Positions 34,801 to 48,217 of a DNA stretch of 64,000 nt are shown piece after piece. The stretch's first letter is position 1. Every line of letters begins with the position of its first letter. Below the pieces are notes generated by a model. The model searched no databases. It was not told the DNA's origin and was given only the letters and a program-made list of their open reading frames with translations. Source of the DNA: Glycera tridactyla (Eukaryota); contig OZ286462.1 of NCBI GenBank assembly GCA_965644265.1, forward strand, positions 32,302,001-32,366,000. The letters run 5' to 3'. Both the position numbers and the translations under genes were made by a program.

Positions 34801-37384
34801 TCATTCAGGAAATTGTTGACCGTCATTCATCAGTAACATCATCTAGGAAGGTTTAAATTGATAATGTGGCTATCAGGCCGAAGTGGGAACCGACTTTATG
34901 TTTATTCCGAGTATGTTGTGTAATGTTATTGATATCAATTGTATTGCGGAGCCCTCCACCTGTTGTTTGCTTGTTTATTTGTTTGTTTGTTTGTTTGTTT
35001 GTTGTGATTTGTCAGCCTCGCTCTGGATTGACCACCTGATTCAGATACTGGCCCCTTCTGATATTCTGTCACCTCATGGAGTTGATAAAGTAATATATGA
35101 AAACCGTATCAAATCATGTGTCCAATAGAACACATTTGTTATGTGAAGTTTTAGAAGGAGGCAATTTCTCATACCGTTTGGGTTTTGGATTTATCATCTG
35201 ATTATAAATTGTTCATAGATTATGCTAACCATTTGCGGTCTTTATGTGTGAGGGTTGTCCACACCACCTTTAATGAATGCCTAAAAAGAATCACGTGAGC
35301 AAATGACAACTTTTACCCCTGATATCTAACATTTTGACCACTGCTACATGCGTTTGGACTTCACTTTCTGTCTCTTCGGACGCCATTGAATAGCCGACAA
35401 GTATATCCGTGGTTGAAGTTCATGCATCGGGGGAAGTGGTATTTCATTGGCCGATCATATTTATTAACCCTTTGCTTTCCGTACAAATAGTGCTTACATT
35501 CATTTATGTACACTGAATGAACTGCAACCAATCCACCATTCTCTGCAAATATAATGCACCCAAATCATGTTTTTGTACTAAACCATGTCGGAATTCACCA
35601 GAATGCCTGCGGGTAATCTTTTTTATCTCAAATTTGAGAATCTTGCGACCAAAATAGTTGATTGTCGATATTGAGATGTGTAATTCATCACACAAATGTA
35701 AAAGTCTCTGAGTGATCTTCCTCCTTCTGGCTTCCTCAGAAATCACACCATTTCCATGTGTGTTTATCTTTGATGAAATATTCATGGTGATAAGTGACGT
35801 GATGTATAAAAGTCGTTCTCGGAAGGGGAATACTCAATGAAGAGAAGGCTATGGAATATTGAGTAGTTTATTCAGACCGCCATTGATATCTGTAGAATTG
35901 AACCAAATGACTCACAACTAATATTCACCAAATGTGGACACTTTCTGACGTCATTCCAATGGGATTCCCATGTTGGGCATCTCGCAAAAACCGAAGTGGT
36001 GATGTGTACCACTTTCAAAAATATTCTTGGGCCGTTCTAGTGTGTGTTTCAGTAACCACAATTCTTTTTGGGCACCATGGTGATAGAGAACACTGCATCC
36101 ACACCCCAGTGTACTGGGCCCCTGGGCTCATATATACTTGGTTCACAGTTCGTTTTCATACCTACTCTATATTCAGTCTCCATCATCTCTGCAACACGCA
36201 TGAGATGTTATATCTGGATTGTGGCGACATGTCGGCTGGTTGTTAAATAAATATATGTGTGTATATCGGGAAGCTGTACATATTCTTTATCAGATGTTAT
36301 GGGTTATGGTTCACCTGCACACTCGAAGTCATTCCAAGTCATGAATTGAATGGCGAAACACGCCAGTTTTTTTTCTCACACATCAGATTTCGACGAGAGA
36401 TCGGTACCTATAGGGGTGTAGCCATTGTGAAATAACCACTGATGTCTCGTCTGATTGGTTATTTTGTAACGGGGGTGGGCTGGGCTGGGGTGTCGGGGTG
36501 GGGGTTCTATCAGGTCCATGACTGGGAAATAAATTGAAGTGGGTATCTCTGGTTGATATGGATTTCTATGAAAAATATAGCAACCACAAATACCTATTCC
36601 AAATTCAGATACACCTGGGGCCCTGTTCACTGAGGTATAGGTTCTCAGATTGGGGTTAGTGATGTCAGTAAAATCAAACGCGCTAAACATGGCTATACCT
36701 AGTTTTCACTGAAATGGATATTCCATCTTGGTGAAATAGCCTCTCTAACTTGATTGGCTCAATTAAAGTTATGATGATCATCTGTTCTGTATGTATGTGT
36801 GCTGTGCTTATCGTGGGTGAGAGACGGGGCGGAGGGAGGGGAGATTTTTCTATATTTATCTATCACCATCTGCAGAGTATGTCACCAATCGCACACAGAA
36901 TTCTCATTGGAATATGACTTTTGGGTAGAGGTGTGTATGACGTGACAGCTTTTCTGGCTCCTCACCATATGTGAGTGTGATGGTTGGAAATGGTGTTACA
37001 ATCATCTTCCATGTTCTAAGATGTAATAGGCAGTAACTGTTGGTGTCTGGACAATTTGACACCGACAGCCTGCAAGCTGCCGAAATTCCTAATTCTGAAT
37101 TCTTGAAATGTGATCGCAAATGAAATTTCAAAGCTGCTGTATTAGGACAGCATAATAGGTGTTTTTTTTTAAAATCTCATCATACTCGCGTGAATATTAT
37201 CCTATGTCATGGGCATCTCTTGCATTTGAGCAATGGTGGATCGGCACGGGATTTGTGCGGGATCCTGTGTGTGAGTGCGTGATAGACTGTGTGCTCTGTG
37301 GAACCAAACTGGATGAGTTGAATAGGGGTGTACATTTCAATGATATTTGTGAGCGACATCGCGTGCAATAACTGTTATCATGTG

Positions 37385-37437
<53 letters not shown>

Positions 37438-38029
37438 TATAAACCAAGACTCTGTTCATTTCATACACGCCACCGGGAACACGGGACTGCGCCGCCTCCC
37501 AGAACAATATAGTGCTGATTTCTCTTATGTGTCGATTTCAATCATGTTGATTTCACATATACTGATTTCTCATTTATTTATTTCACCCATATTGGCCATG
37601 TATATATCGTCATGGAAATATCATGAGAACCTTGCTTCTTGTCCAGGTATCAGGGAGAAGTTTCATCAATGACTTGGGTGTTCCAAAATCTGCGTAACTG
37701 TTCTCAGTTGCTATAGTTTCCTAAAAATATATAGCAAGGAGGAAGACTTGCACCGATTTTGACTTCACCCTTTTTTCCATGGAATGAGCGTCATATACAT
37801 GTTCACGAAAAGGGGCTCTGAAAGTCATTGAAAATTCTTTGGAAGTCTTCATGAAAAACATGACATTATTGCCCACATCGTTGTCATGAAAATATTGACA
37901 GCGCCAGGAATTCATTGTATTTGAAAATTCCTTGGTAATTGATTTTCAGATCGAAAATCTTCAGTTTTCGTCGTATCTCAGGCTGAGGAGACAGTGACCG
38001 TTTTCTTGGGAACGTGTGTGTTTATATAT

Positions 38030-38230
38030 GTGATGACGGCGGTACTGGTTCCGACTTCCGCCGCTAGGTGTCAGCAGCAGTATAATAATGTATACATATA
38101 TCGATGTCGACTGCACCCGAAGATGACGTCACGGCGTTGTCCGTGGCAACTGTTCCTAGAGCAACATTTGTGTAGCAATGTATCTAAGCAAGTAGGTCCG
38201 AATAGAATTTAATAAAATGGCGATCTCTGC
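38030..38230. promoter_or_regulatory. Intergenic CpG-rich motif cluster (ETS, CTCF-like, CRE, 2 RFX X-box-like, YY1-like)
   Basis: ACTTCCG 38054, CCGCTAGGTGTCAG 38061, TGACGTCA 38124, GTTGTCCGTGGCAAC 38136, GTTCCTAGAGCAAC 38152, AAAATGGCG 38214. Confidence 0.45.
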
Positions 38231-39561
38231 GTCGCAATATTCACATAAAATGTTGGCGTTTGTTGTTTCAATATGCACCTGTTGGATTGCATAACATACC
38301 TAATTCCATGTAGTGTACTTTACCATTTCATAAATTTTCACCACCTACCCAGTGCCCACAAGGAGAAGCCTCGAATATTATGCCACACTTGGATGGTTTC
38401 CTATGTGATGAGGTGGTATGTGATATCACTTAGAATACTCCCTGGCCGGAGAGTATTGCCGAGACTATTAGTTACACATCTGTCACTGGTACTGACACAT
38501 CACTCCCGACTTCATTGATACTTATTTATTATCAAGAATACAAACAATGGTATTTCACTCGCACAGCGAGATTTCACGATGTAACAACTATACATATACT
38601 TCAAAGTTTATGTGAAATGCATGAAAGACAACGATAATCTTCAACAGTGTACTTCCACATCTTTTTCAAACAAACGAGAACGCCCTACCCTTTACCCACT
38701 AAACAGAGCTTGTGGATATCAGATGCAACACCCTTCCAAGTTGAATGAAATGCCATGAAATTCATGTCCGTGAATTCATAATTTTTTACCTCCCATTGAT
38801 GACCCGGGAGGAGGAGTCTTGAATAATCCCACCCATACCCCTATGAGTATTTACTTATCTTTTTTTTCGAGATGTGTTCAACCCTAAGCTGAATTCACAG
38901 AGAACAGCATCATCCACAGTGATGTAGGCTCATACACGATAAACTCCCAAAGAGAAACCCATAGTATAGCAGGGTTCTCAGAGACCATATTTTGGTAAAT
39001 GCACCATCTCGCAAAAGATGCCCTCGAGCTTATTCCACTAAAGATCGAGTTTAGGAATACTCAACCAATGTGTTCAATCAGGAGCCATCAACTTCAAACC
39101 AGCTTTACAATTATAGGCGCACTAAGCTCAGACTACAATGTTTGTTTGAGGTTTAACGACATGTATCAACCCTTGGTTTATGTATGCCGTGTGTTCCTGG
39201 TTAGTGAAAGCTAGCTGTTCTCTTCCCTGCAGGCATCACTCTCACAATCGCAGTTCAATGTCATCACAGAACCTAGTATACAGAGAAACGGACTAAGAGG
39301 CAGAGCTCAAAATATATCACAGTGGATGAATCTTATTCTGTAAGTAGTCGCCTGCACACATTGTTATGTATGAAGCACACAGTGTGGTCAATGTGGCATT
39401 TCTTCTTCAACGCTTGTAACGTTGTCTAAATTCCGACATCTACGGCCTTTCGTGTGCAAAACCACGCAGAACACCCCGTCAAACCCTTGATGAACACATT
39501 TCATGGACCTGTTGCCAGTACAATCTGGAAATATGTCTCTGACATGATTTCTATCACTAAA

Positions 39562-39630
<69 letters not shown>

Positions 39631-40189
39631 TGTGTGTCTATGTATGTGTGCCCGCATGTGAGTGTCATATGCATATGCATGTGTGCTTTTGTTGGTTTAA
39701 AAACGTGTGTTGGATAAAGCATCACTTCTACACACCCTGAACACAAGATGAAAGGTTTCAAATCGGATGAAGATAAATGTCGCTTCACACACACCTCTAA
39801 CTATGTAACATGAAAGTGATGAACATGGGGCCAGCATATCAACCTGTATCACTGGCTGGAAGCCAAGCCTGAGAGCAATTTCCGCAACAATCACAGTATT
39901 TGTCACAGATAGATATTCTCGAACACTATTGGTTTCATATGTGGGTTCAGAGTCCCCATTATACAGTCCATCTTGGCCACCGACTTATTCTATGCATGTA
40001 GAATCCGTTGACATGGTCCCATGTGGCCAGCAATCACCATGGAGACGTATACACTAAGTGATGATGTCCCAGGACAGAAATTGTCGATCACGTACTCAGA
40101 TATACGCGCTTGACGATGATGTCAAAGGTGAGCAGTCACTGACCAATTACACATATGCACACACGAACTGATGACGTCAGAGGAAAGCA

Positions 40190-40195
40190 TTTATT
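40190..40195 (-). terminator. Candidate MICAL poly(A) signal AATAAA
   Basis: tttatt on the + strand, followed in transcript direction by a GT-rich tract. Confidence 0.5.
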
Positions 40196-40678
40196 GAACA
40201 GTCATAGATTAATTTGTGATGTCATGGGTGAACGGTTTTTGACAAGATGCTAAGATGTATGCATACTAATATTGCGTCGAGAATGGATACACAGTAACTG
40301 ATGATGGTGTCATATGTGGGTAGANNNNNNNNNNNNNNNNNNNNNNNNNNNNNNNNNNNNNNNNNNNNNNNNNNNNNNNNNNNNNNNNNNNNNNNNNNNN
40401 NNNNNNNNNNNNNNNNNNNNNNNNNNNNNNNNNNNNNNNNNNNNNNNNNNNNNNNNNNNNNNNNNNNNNNNNNNNNNNNGTCACCGATGACCAACTGTTG
40501 AATGTACACCCGTAATGATGAGGTCACAGATAAATTGTTGTTGATCGGATACACAGAAGTACGCATGGAATGATGATGTCATGGATGACGTCACAGATCA
40601 GTAGCCCTCCACCGGTTATCGGGGTAGCCCAGTGCTACTTGTTTTCTAACATATAGAGCCAACGTTCGCTTCTTGCAG

Positions 40679-40818
40679 TTATACAGCAGTTTCACTGAAA
40701 TATGTGTGTATTTCTCCCGCCAATCTCTCCACCTTGTCCATTTCATCAGCAATCTTTTCGATTCGATTCTCAGTTTCGTCCAGGTTAGGCTCGATCGTGA
40801 CTGGCATCACAGGAGCTT
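40679..40818 (-). CDS. MICAL: Probable MICAL terminal exon (EAPVMPVTIEPNLDETENRIEKIADEMDKVERLAGEIHTYFSETAV*)
   Basis: tttcag acceptor, phase 1, helical heptad pattern, TAA; AATAAA about 490 nt downstream. Confidence 0.72.
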
Positions 40819-43540
40819 CTGAAATCATAAACAGAACATGTACATGATACAGCGATGTTGGCGACTTGTATGCGTCGATGAATCGTTGCTTAATTTGGAA
40901 GCATGTATAAATTATGTCTGGTTTGAGCTGCTTGAGTTTACCGTCATGTATATATCCAGAGGATTATGATCTATGTAACCTAGATACTCTGTCCCCCGCT
41001 AGCACTACTAACGTTGAACACAAGATGATGGGAAATGTATCAATGTGGTCTGAGATGTTTGCTGTGTATTCTAGGTCAGTCAGGGCAAGATACACTGTCC
41101 CCGGCAAGCATCACTCCAACAGACCCCAAACACAAGATAAGGAGGACGCCTGAAATGTTGTCAAGTAGGTGCAGGTGTAGGTGTAGCTCACATGAACTTC
41201 GCCATAGGCTCATTGTTCAATTATGGGGGGGGGGGGGGGGGTAATACTTAGTACACGGATAGTCCATACTGAATTTCCATCAAAAAAGAATAATCGGGGA
41301 TTATGTATTTCAGATCACAAAGTTTGAAAGTATGACACAAATTGTATCGATACAACTACTCAAGACCTCTTCCATACAAAGGCCACCTGTCTGCAGCGGA
41401 CACATTGATCTGTGGCAGTAATGGTACTTTCTACAATTAATAACCTTCGTACGAAATCCACCTGTCTACAAATACCCGTTTCGAGGCAACTAAGGATAAT
41501 CTTTGTAGGCAGGTTCACAGAGAACATTTGACTTCTCCATTTGAGATGCAAATGGAGTCTGGAATGATCGCATATAGCATGGGCATCTCAATAAAGCCCA
41601 GATGGCGCCAAACACTAAAAACTCTCATAATCATCAGAATTCCATATACGAATGGTTCAGAAACAACATCTACTTTTGACATAGTCAGGGGGTTTTACTT
41701 AACAGGGGTTAGCAAAACATCAAAGGGTAGGATACTGTAACTCATATCAGAATATAATCGTCAACTCTTATAATCATTAACTTGCATGCACTAAGAAAAT
41801 AACCATGCGGAATACACTACAAGCGATTCCACTCTATATTTGGGGCCTTTTCTCTATTTAATAGGAATGTCAATACAGGGAAGGGCATTGAATCGCCAAT
41901 CGCGAAGGAAATAGGTATTGCCTCGTATAAATTGCCAGAATCAAGATCAGATTGAGAATAGTCGTGTTTTGACAAATGTCTACAGCAAGCTTCCAACATC
42001 TTGGTTCAATGACGCAAGAATAAGTTTGATGACGTCATGATCTATTTGTCCGCAAAATGGCTCTGCTTCACGGCGATGACAATATGCACTTGAACATCTG
42101 AATAGGTCTTCTTCCCGACCGTTTCTATCGATATCTGCGCCATATGCAGTCAAACCTGTCGACACTCCTTCAACACGCGAGAAAGTAGTTTTCGTGGAAA
42201 GTTAGCCATTTTAGAGGGGTTGCTCACTATAGGAAATACCACTGCAGCCAGTGGTCAGAGTGGTCTCGCTAGCAGGAGGACAGAGATACTCTCCCGAATG
42301 GGCTCAGCGGTATGTCCAAAGATAGTGCTATGATTAGTTGCACATTTGGTGCGGTGTAAGTCATATTTCAAACAGCTAGGGTGAACCTGAAATCCTTGCA
42401 GAATTAAGGCCACAGGAAAAGTGGAATTGGTTGTTGTTCAAACACGTCTTAAATATGTTAGAAGTACCAATACAGTTCCCTGGTCATTCTATTTGCTGCG
42501 GTTGTAAGGATTCAGTAAATAGTTGGATTCTTGCACTGATGAGTTTACTAGCTGTGATACAGCAGATGTCATATAAGACATATTCTGCGGACATGTGGCA
42601 TGGCACGATCACTGTATCATCATACATGTACAATTGTCCACACTGATACCAGTCAAATCTGTAGCTTCGAAGGATAACTTCCACAGTCTCTCTCGCGAAA
42701 AGACACCCAGCGAACATTTCGATGCATTTTAAAAATTTCATGGAATCCCTCTTGAAAGTAGGTTAATACTGGTTCAGTACTCACGATTTTCCGTGTTTTT
42801 TTTTTCAAAGATCGGTAGATTCATGTGCATCTGCTTTTCGATTGATGCACATAAACTGCGAGTCAAGGGCATGCCCTAACTTATCACTTATATGCATGTC
42901 ATTCATTCACTTAACTAAAACTTCGAATAGCAGGACAACAACAACAACAAGTAATTCAGAATAAGTGACGACTTACCCCTTCTGCCAACTATTCACCTAT
43001 TAGGAATAATGGGTACTCTGTTACCATGCTAAAGGATTGATGATAGCCTCACTGAGTGGACGTAGATACAGATATTCCGAGTCTTGTATTTGACTTTGGA
43101 ATCATGTACCTAGAGGCTGACTCTTCACTAGCTACATTCGATCTACCTATCATACATAGGAAAGGGTTCTGAGGGTGTGCTGCATGGTGCTGAGACAGTG
43201 ATCCTGCACTGAAAGTGTGGTGATATGGGGAATGCTTAGATGACTCGGATGCAAAGAGTCAAGATATTTGAGTTATTTCAGACGTAGATTACGATACAAT
43301 CATGATGTTGGCCGTTGACTCTTAACCCATGCAGGTATTACCTTTCGATGATGACCTCGGCTGCGTCTTGGGTTTATGAGCTGTTCGGGGAATAGTGAAT
43401 GCCAGACTATCAGTGCCAGTGTGTGTTTGTGAGTGCGTGTATGTGCAAGCAGATGAGACCATAATGTGTGCCTGCATGGGTGTATGCAAATGTGAACGAG
43501 CACACGCATTATATTCTGTGAAAGTTTGTGCGTGCGTGTA

Positions 43541-43604
<64 letters not shown>

Positions 43605-46600
43605 CGTGTGTGGGTGGGTGAGCGGGCGGCGAAGAGACAAAGAGACAGAGACAGATATACAGACAGACTGGTAGAGATNNNNNNNNNNNNNNNNNNNNNN
43701 NNNNNNNNNNNNNNNNNNNNNNNNNNNNNNNNNNNNNNNNNNNNNNNNNNNNNNNNNNNNNNNNNNNNNNNNNNNNNNNNNNNNNNNNNNNNNNNNNNNN
43801 NNNNNNNNNNNNNNNNNNNNNNNNNNNNNNNNNNNNNNNNNNNNNNNNNNNNNNNNNNNNNNNNNNNNNNNNNNNNNNNNNNNNNNNNNNNNNNNNNNNN
43901 NNNNNNNNNNNNNNNNNNNNNNNNNNNNNNNNNNNNNNNNNNNNNNNNNNNNNNNNNNNNNNNNNNNNNNNNNNNNNNNNNNNNNNNNNAACTCACCTAG
44001 CATGTGTTGGATATCCTCCATCTGTTTGTTTAATCGCGATTGGCGTTTTTGTAATTCGAGTAATTTCGCTCTGCAATGATGAAAATACTCATTAATTGTT
44101 GGGTGCAAGCAAACATTCATTGAATCAATCTATCGATCCATGAGTCACTATGAGGTATCCATCAAGCAGCCCCGCCATAGGGAGGTCACCTCTGCACAAA
44201 GACCACCAACCCTTGAGTACCACTCGAACCTCAATCATAACTTCGTTCTCAGAATATCCCATCACAGTTCTTGAGATAACCAGTCATTTCAGAAAAGACT
44301 GGGATCTTTATAGAATGGCTTCACTGGCATTACATGTATGAATATGAGAGACCTGAAGTGAGACTAGCTATCAAATCCAAATAGTAAATAAAGATGAATC
44401 AAGTATTTAGGAATCTTTCGTTTCCATCTCTAAATTTGAATTCGAAACCAACCTAGACTTCCTAGGCTTGTAATCGGTCCTAACTTCATACCATGTTCTC
44501 TCTCACATTAGTGATACAAGCCGACTTGACTTACTTGAGCATCAATTTGTGTTGTTTTCGCTGTAGTTCTTGCTTGTCGGCCATCAACTGTAGAAATTCT
44601 TGAGTCAGTTGTTCTTTACCTTCGTTGTCGTCATCATCTTCAATGAGAACAAGGCTGTGAAAGGCTTTACCCCTGATTATATATGTAATATATCTGCTCC
44701 AATTGATATAGGGAATCTTTTGATCGGGACTTTTGATAGAGAGCAGAGGATATGATTATACTGAAGACATTTTTCACCACTACAGAATATGTCATCTTTT
44801 ACAAAGGTCCTAGGACCTGAAATGAGGTGCCAGTGCCAAAAATTGCTACCATATGTTATCCACCATTTGTTGTCCGAAAATTGGTAGATAAGTGGGAATA
44901 AGCTCAGACAACTGGAATATAGTTGTACCATTACTAACTCAAAATTGATAAAAGTTGGCAAAGATCGTTCGTGCTGAATAACATATGGAATATTGTAAAC
45001 TTGAAGGTCACAATTTTGCTGCCTTATTTCAGCCGGATGTGTAATGTATTCAAATCCATACTCAGTGAAATGCTAACACTCGACTCATTATTCTAGTTGT
45101 GATGAAGCTCCAGTGAAAGAGATGACAGTATAATTCTGACTGAAAATCAAGAATCTGGTTTGGATTCATGTCATGTGAAAAGGAAATGTCAATGAATTAA
45201 TGAAAACTAAATGTACCTTAACTCGTTATTCTAGTTGTGATGAAGATCCAATGAAAGAGATGACAATGAAAGAGAATGAAAATCAGAATAATGTTTGGAT
45301 ATCTGTCGTTTAGAAAGGAAAGGTCAATATATGACTGACAACTAGATGTACCTTGTTGTTTGATGACTTGTGGCTTTGATATCTGTCATGTAAGAAGGAA
45401 ATGAATTATTTAATGAATGACAACCAGATGTACCTTGTTGTTTGATGACTTGTTCAACCCGCTTGCCTTCCTCCTCGATCTCCATCTCTTGTTGCTCTGC
45501 CTCACTGAGTTCCTCCTGGAAGGCATGGCCCAGCATCAGCTGAAGGCTACGTGCCAGGCTGTAGAACGTCTTCTTCCTCCGCAATGTGTCGTTACCGTTC
45601 ACAATCGTCTCCATCATCGCTGTCTGATCTGGATTACCACCACCCTCCTCATCACTACAACAATCAGATAACACTTATGAGGGATATCTGGGATACACCA
45701 CAGTGTGGGATCCTTTTGATGTCACGAGGCTGAAGGCGCATGAAATCGCCAAAGACTTCATGCTCTTTTAGTTGCATTAATTATCGAGAAGAAGGTGGGA
45801 ATGGCTCACTAATACCACGAGGCAATGGGCCTAATGCGGGATGATTATTTCCTGTTATATACTCAAGCATAGACCACCGGCTGCTAGACATATCAATCTG
45901 GGCCCTGGCTTACTGTCACATGTCGGTCATATCTCAAACTATCATAACTTGCCAAGTTATTCTTGTCAAACTGTCGAAACAGGAGCTGACTATCGAGTTG
46001 CCGCTTACATCATAATTCATAACAAGACTAACCATCCAACCTGAAACGATGATCTCGCTCTATTCTTTAGGCACATTAGGCAACACAATTCGCCAGTACA
46101 AATGGCAGTGTCAATGTTAAAGAAGATTTTTTCGGATGCCTACCTGCCAACGACCTCCTCACCGACGGCGACGAAACCGAGGTCCATCCCTGCCGAGGCT
46201 GGTGACGTCATAGAACCCTTCTGAGATGATATCATCATCGCACCCATCCATTCTGTCAATATAGGAGACAATAGGAACACCTGTAAAAATGCTGTGGATG
46301 GCATATGGATACACAGCTCATTAGCATATCTTCTATTGTAGTCCGGGCGATACAGGACAAGTCCACCATTGAGTTCTTTCTGCTACTGACCAAACAACAT
46401 GATCACTATATCAACAAGGCCGGTGCACCCGTCTACTTCGCTGCTGCCATGGGATACCCGGCAGCTCGAGCATATCACGTGCCATCGAAATTTGATAGGT
46501 CAGAAATATGAGTTGACAGTTCCACACCGTGGGATATTCACATTCGTGAACAAAACCTTTTATATTTTTTAGTGTCAAATCTATAGTGAAAATTTGAAAG

Positions 46601-48012
46601 TTATTCGCCATGATCCGCTCTTTTTCTGATACTTACATATTTTGTCCATCTCAATGATGTACTGTCATTACTAATCTCCGTTTGTATTAACACTAAACTC
46701 GTGGCCGCTGGAAAATACTTGGCGGGCCATTTGCAGTTATATATTTGTGAATATCTTCTTTCAGACTCCGATTTATGGAAATCCCATATCAAGTAGCCTC
46801 AAGAGATACAACCTTATTGACAATTGTGACAATATTTATTATCCCGTTTTTCATATTACATATTACATATCCAGAGCAGAGTTCGGTGACCATGCCCGTG
46901 GTCTAGTAAGCAGGGGATAACCTTTGGTTATCAGATAAATTGGATGAATTCGTATATGTTTGTTGCTACTTACGTGATAATTCGTCAGTGGTATCTGAAG
47001 GGTTCGCCTACAAATACAAGACAAGACACCAATAACAAAGACGTTCAATTGTAAAACTTTCAGCCTAAATATGTTCTGGCGAGATATCTCTAATCCCAAT
47101 ATTTCATGTATCAACCAAAAGAATCATGTTTGTCGTGTGTTCCTGAACAAGAGAAGCTATTCACTGAGGTGCCATTTGGTTGAGGTCACATTTAGTGACA
47201 ACTAACAATAGCTCTGTTAGATGACAAATAATACACAATCACAATCTTGACATAGATTGATAAAACATGCATATTTTTCCGGGAAATTAAGTGATTAGTA
47301 CGGCAATCCACAGTCATAAACTGATAATTCTAACAATCATTTTGGGGATGAACATATTTATGATTTTCTCCAAAGACTTGAATTTGACAGCATGGTATTC
47401 CAAAAGATGGCTTGTTGAATATGACATAATTCAGGCGAGGAGATGGCTATAGCATGTGTTAAGCGTCAATTTCTTGTCTTAAAGCATCTGACTGAGAATC
47501 CACCAGCCATCATAATATTGTTTGGGGTAAATCATTAACCGGATCAGCTGATTCGATTCTACGTGTAGTCCAGGCAATTATGTCCCACATTCACCGAGAT
47601 TTGGATGATGATGGTGGGATAAGAAAAGAGAATGCACTTCAAGGCGAACATCATTTTGTATCAAAGAGGAACACCCTAGTGGAAATAAACCGAACTAAAT
47701 TATGTCATACTCCATGCAAGAGGTGAGGCCACCCTGAGTCCGATAAAGGGATGAACTTACCCAGGGATCTATGGGTGATCTTGGTGGAGAATCATCATCA
47801 TCTTCATCCAGCATGTTATTTCTCACCAGAGAATCAAGGTCATCCGTCTGATCATGATTCTGACAGGCAAACGTCACTGCCAAACAAGAACCATGCGTTA
47901 ACATATATCGACATGACATTGTATCTCATAGGTAGACAAGAGACTGCGTATTTTATATTTGTATTGCGAAGAATGGTGACTTTACACGGGCACCAATGCA
48001 TCATATGAATGT

Positions 48013-48049
<37 letters not shown>

Positions 48050-48186
48050 CGTGTGTGCGCGTGTATGTGCCTTCTCTGTTTATTACCCCCTCTTTTTCAT
48101 CTCCCTTTTCACCCTCTTTCCCTATCTTCTTTATTCCTATCTTTCCCCAACACTCTTCACCCCTTGCTCTCATACTCTCTTTGCCA

Positions 48187-48217
<31 letters not shown>

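Noticed and set aside
40058-40142. C/D-box snoRNA-like GTGATGA...CTGA (similar motifs near 33707)
   Set aside because: No terminal stem, not intronic in the sense orientation, and the motifs are short.
41360-42741. Ankyrin-like words (GADID, VRRLL, LTFLL)
   Set aside because: No TPLH/AA..G periodicity; the 41360-41520 part is a diverged MITE copy.
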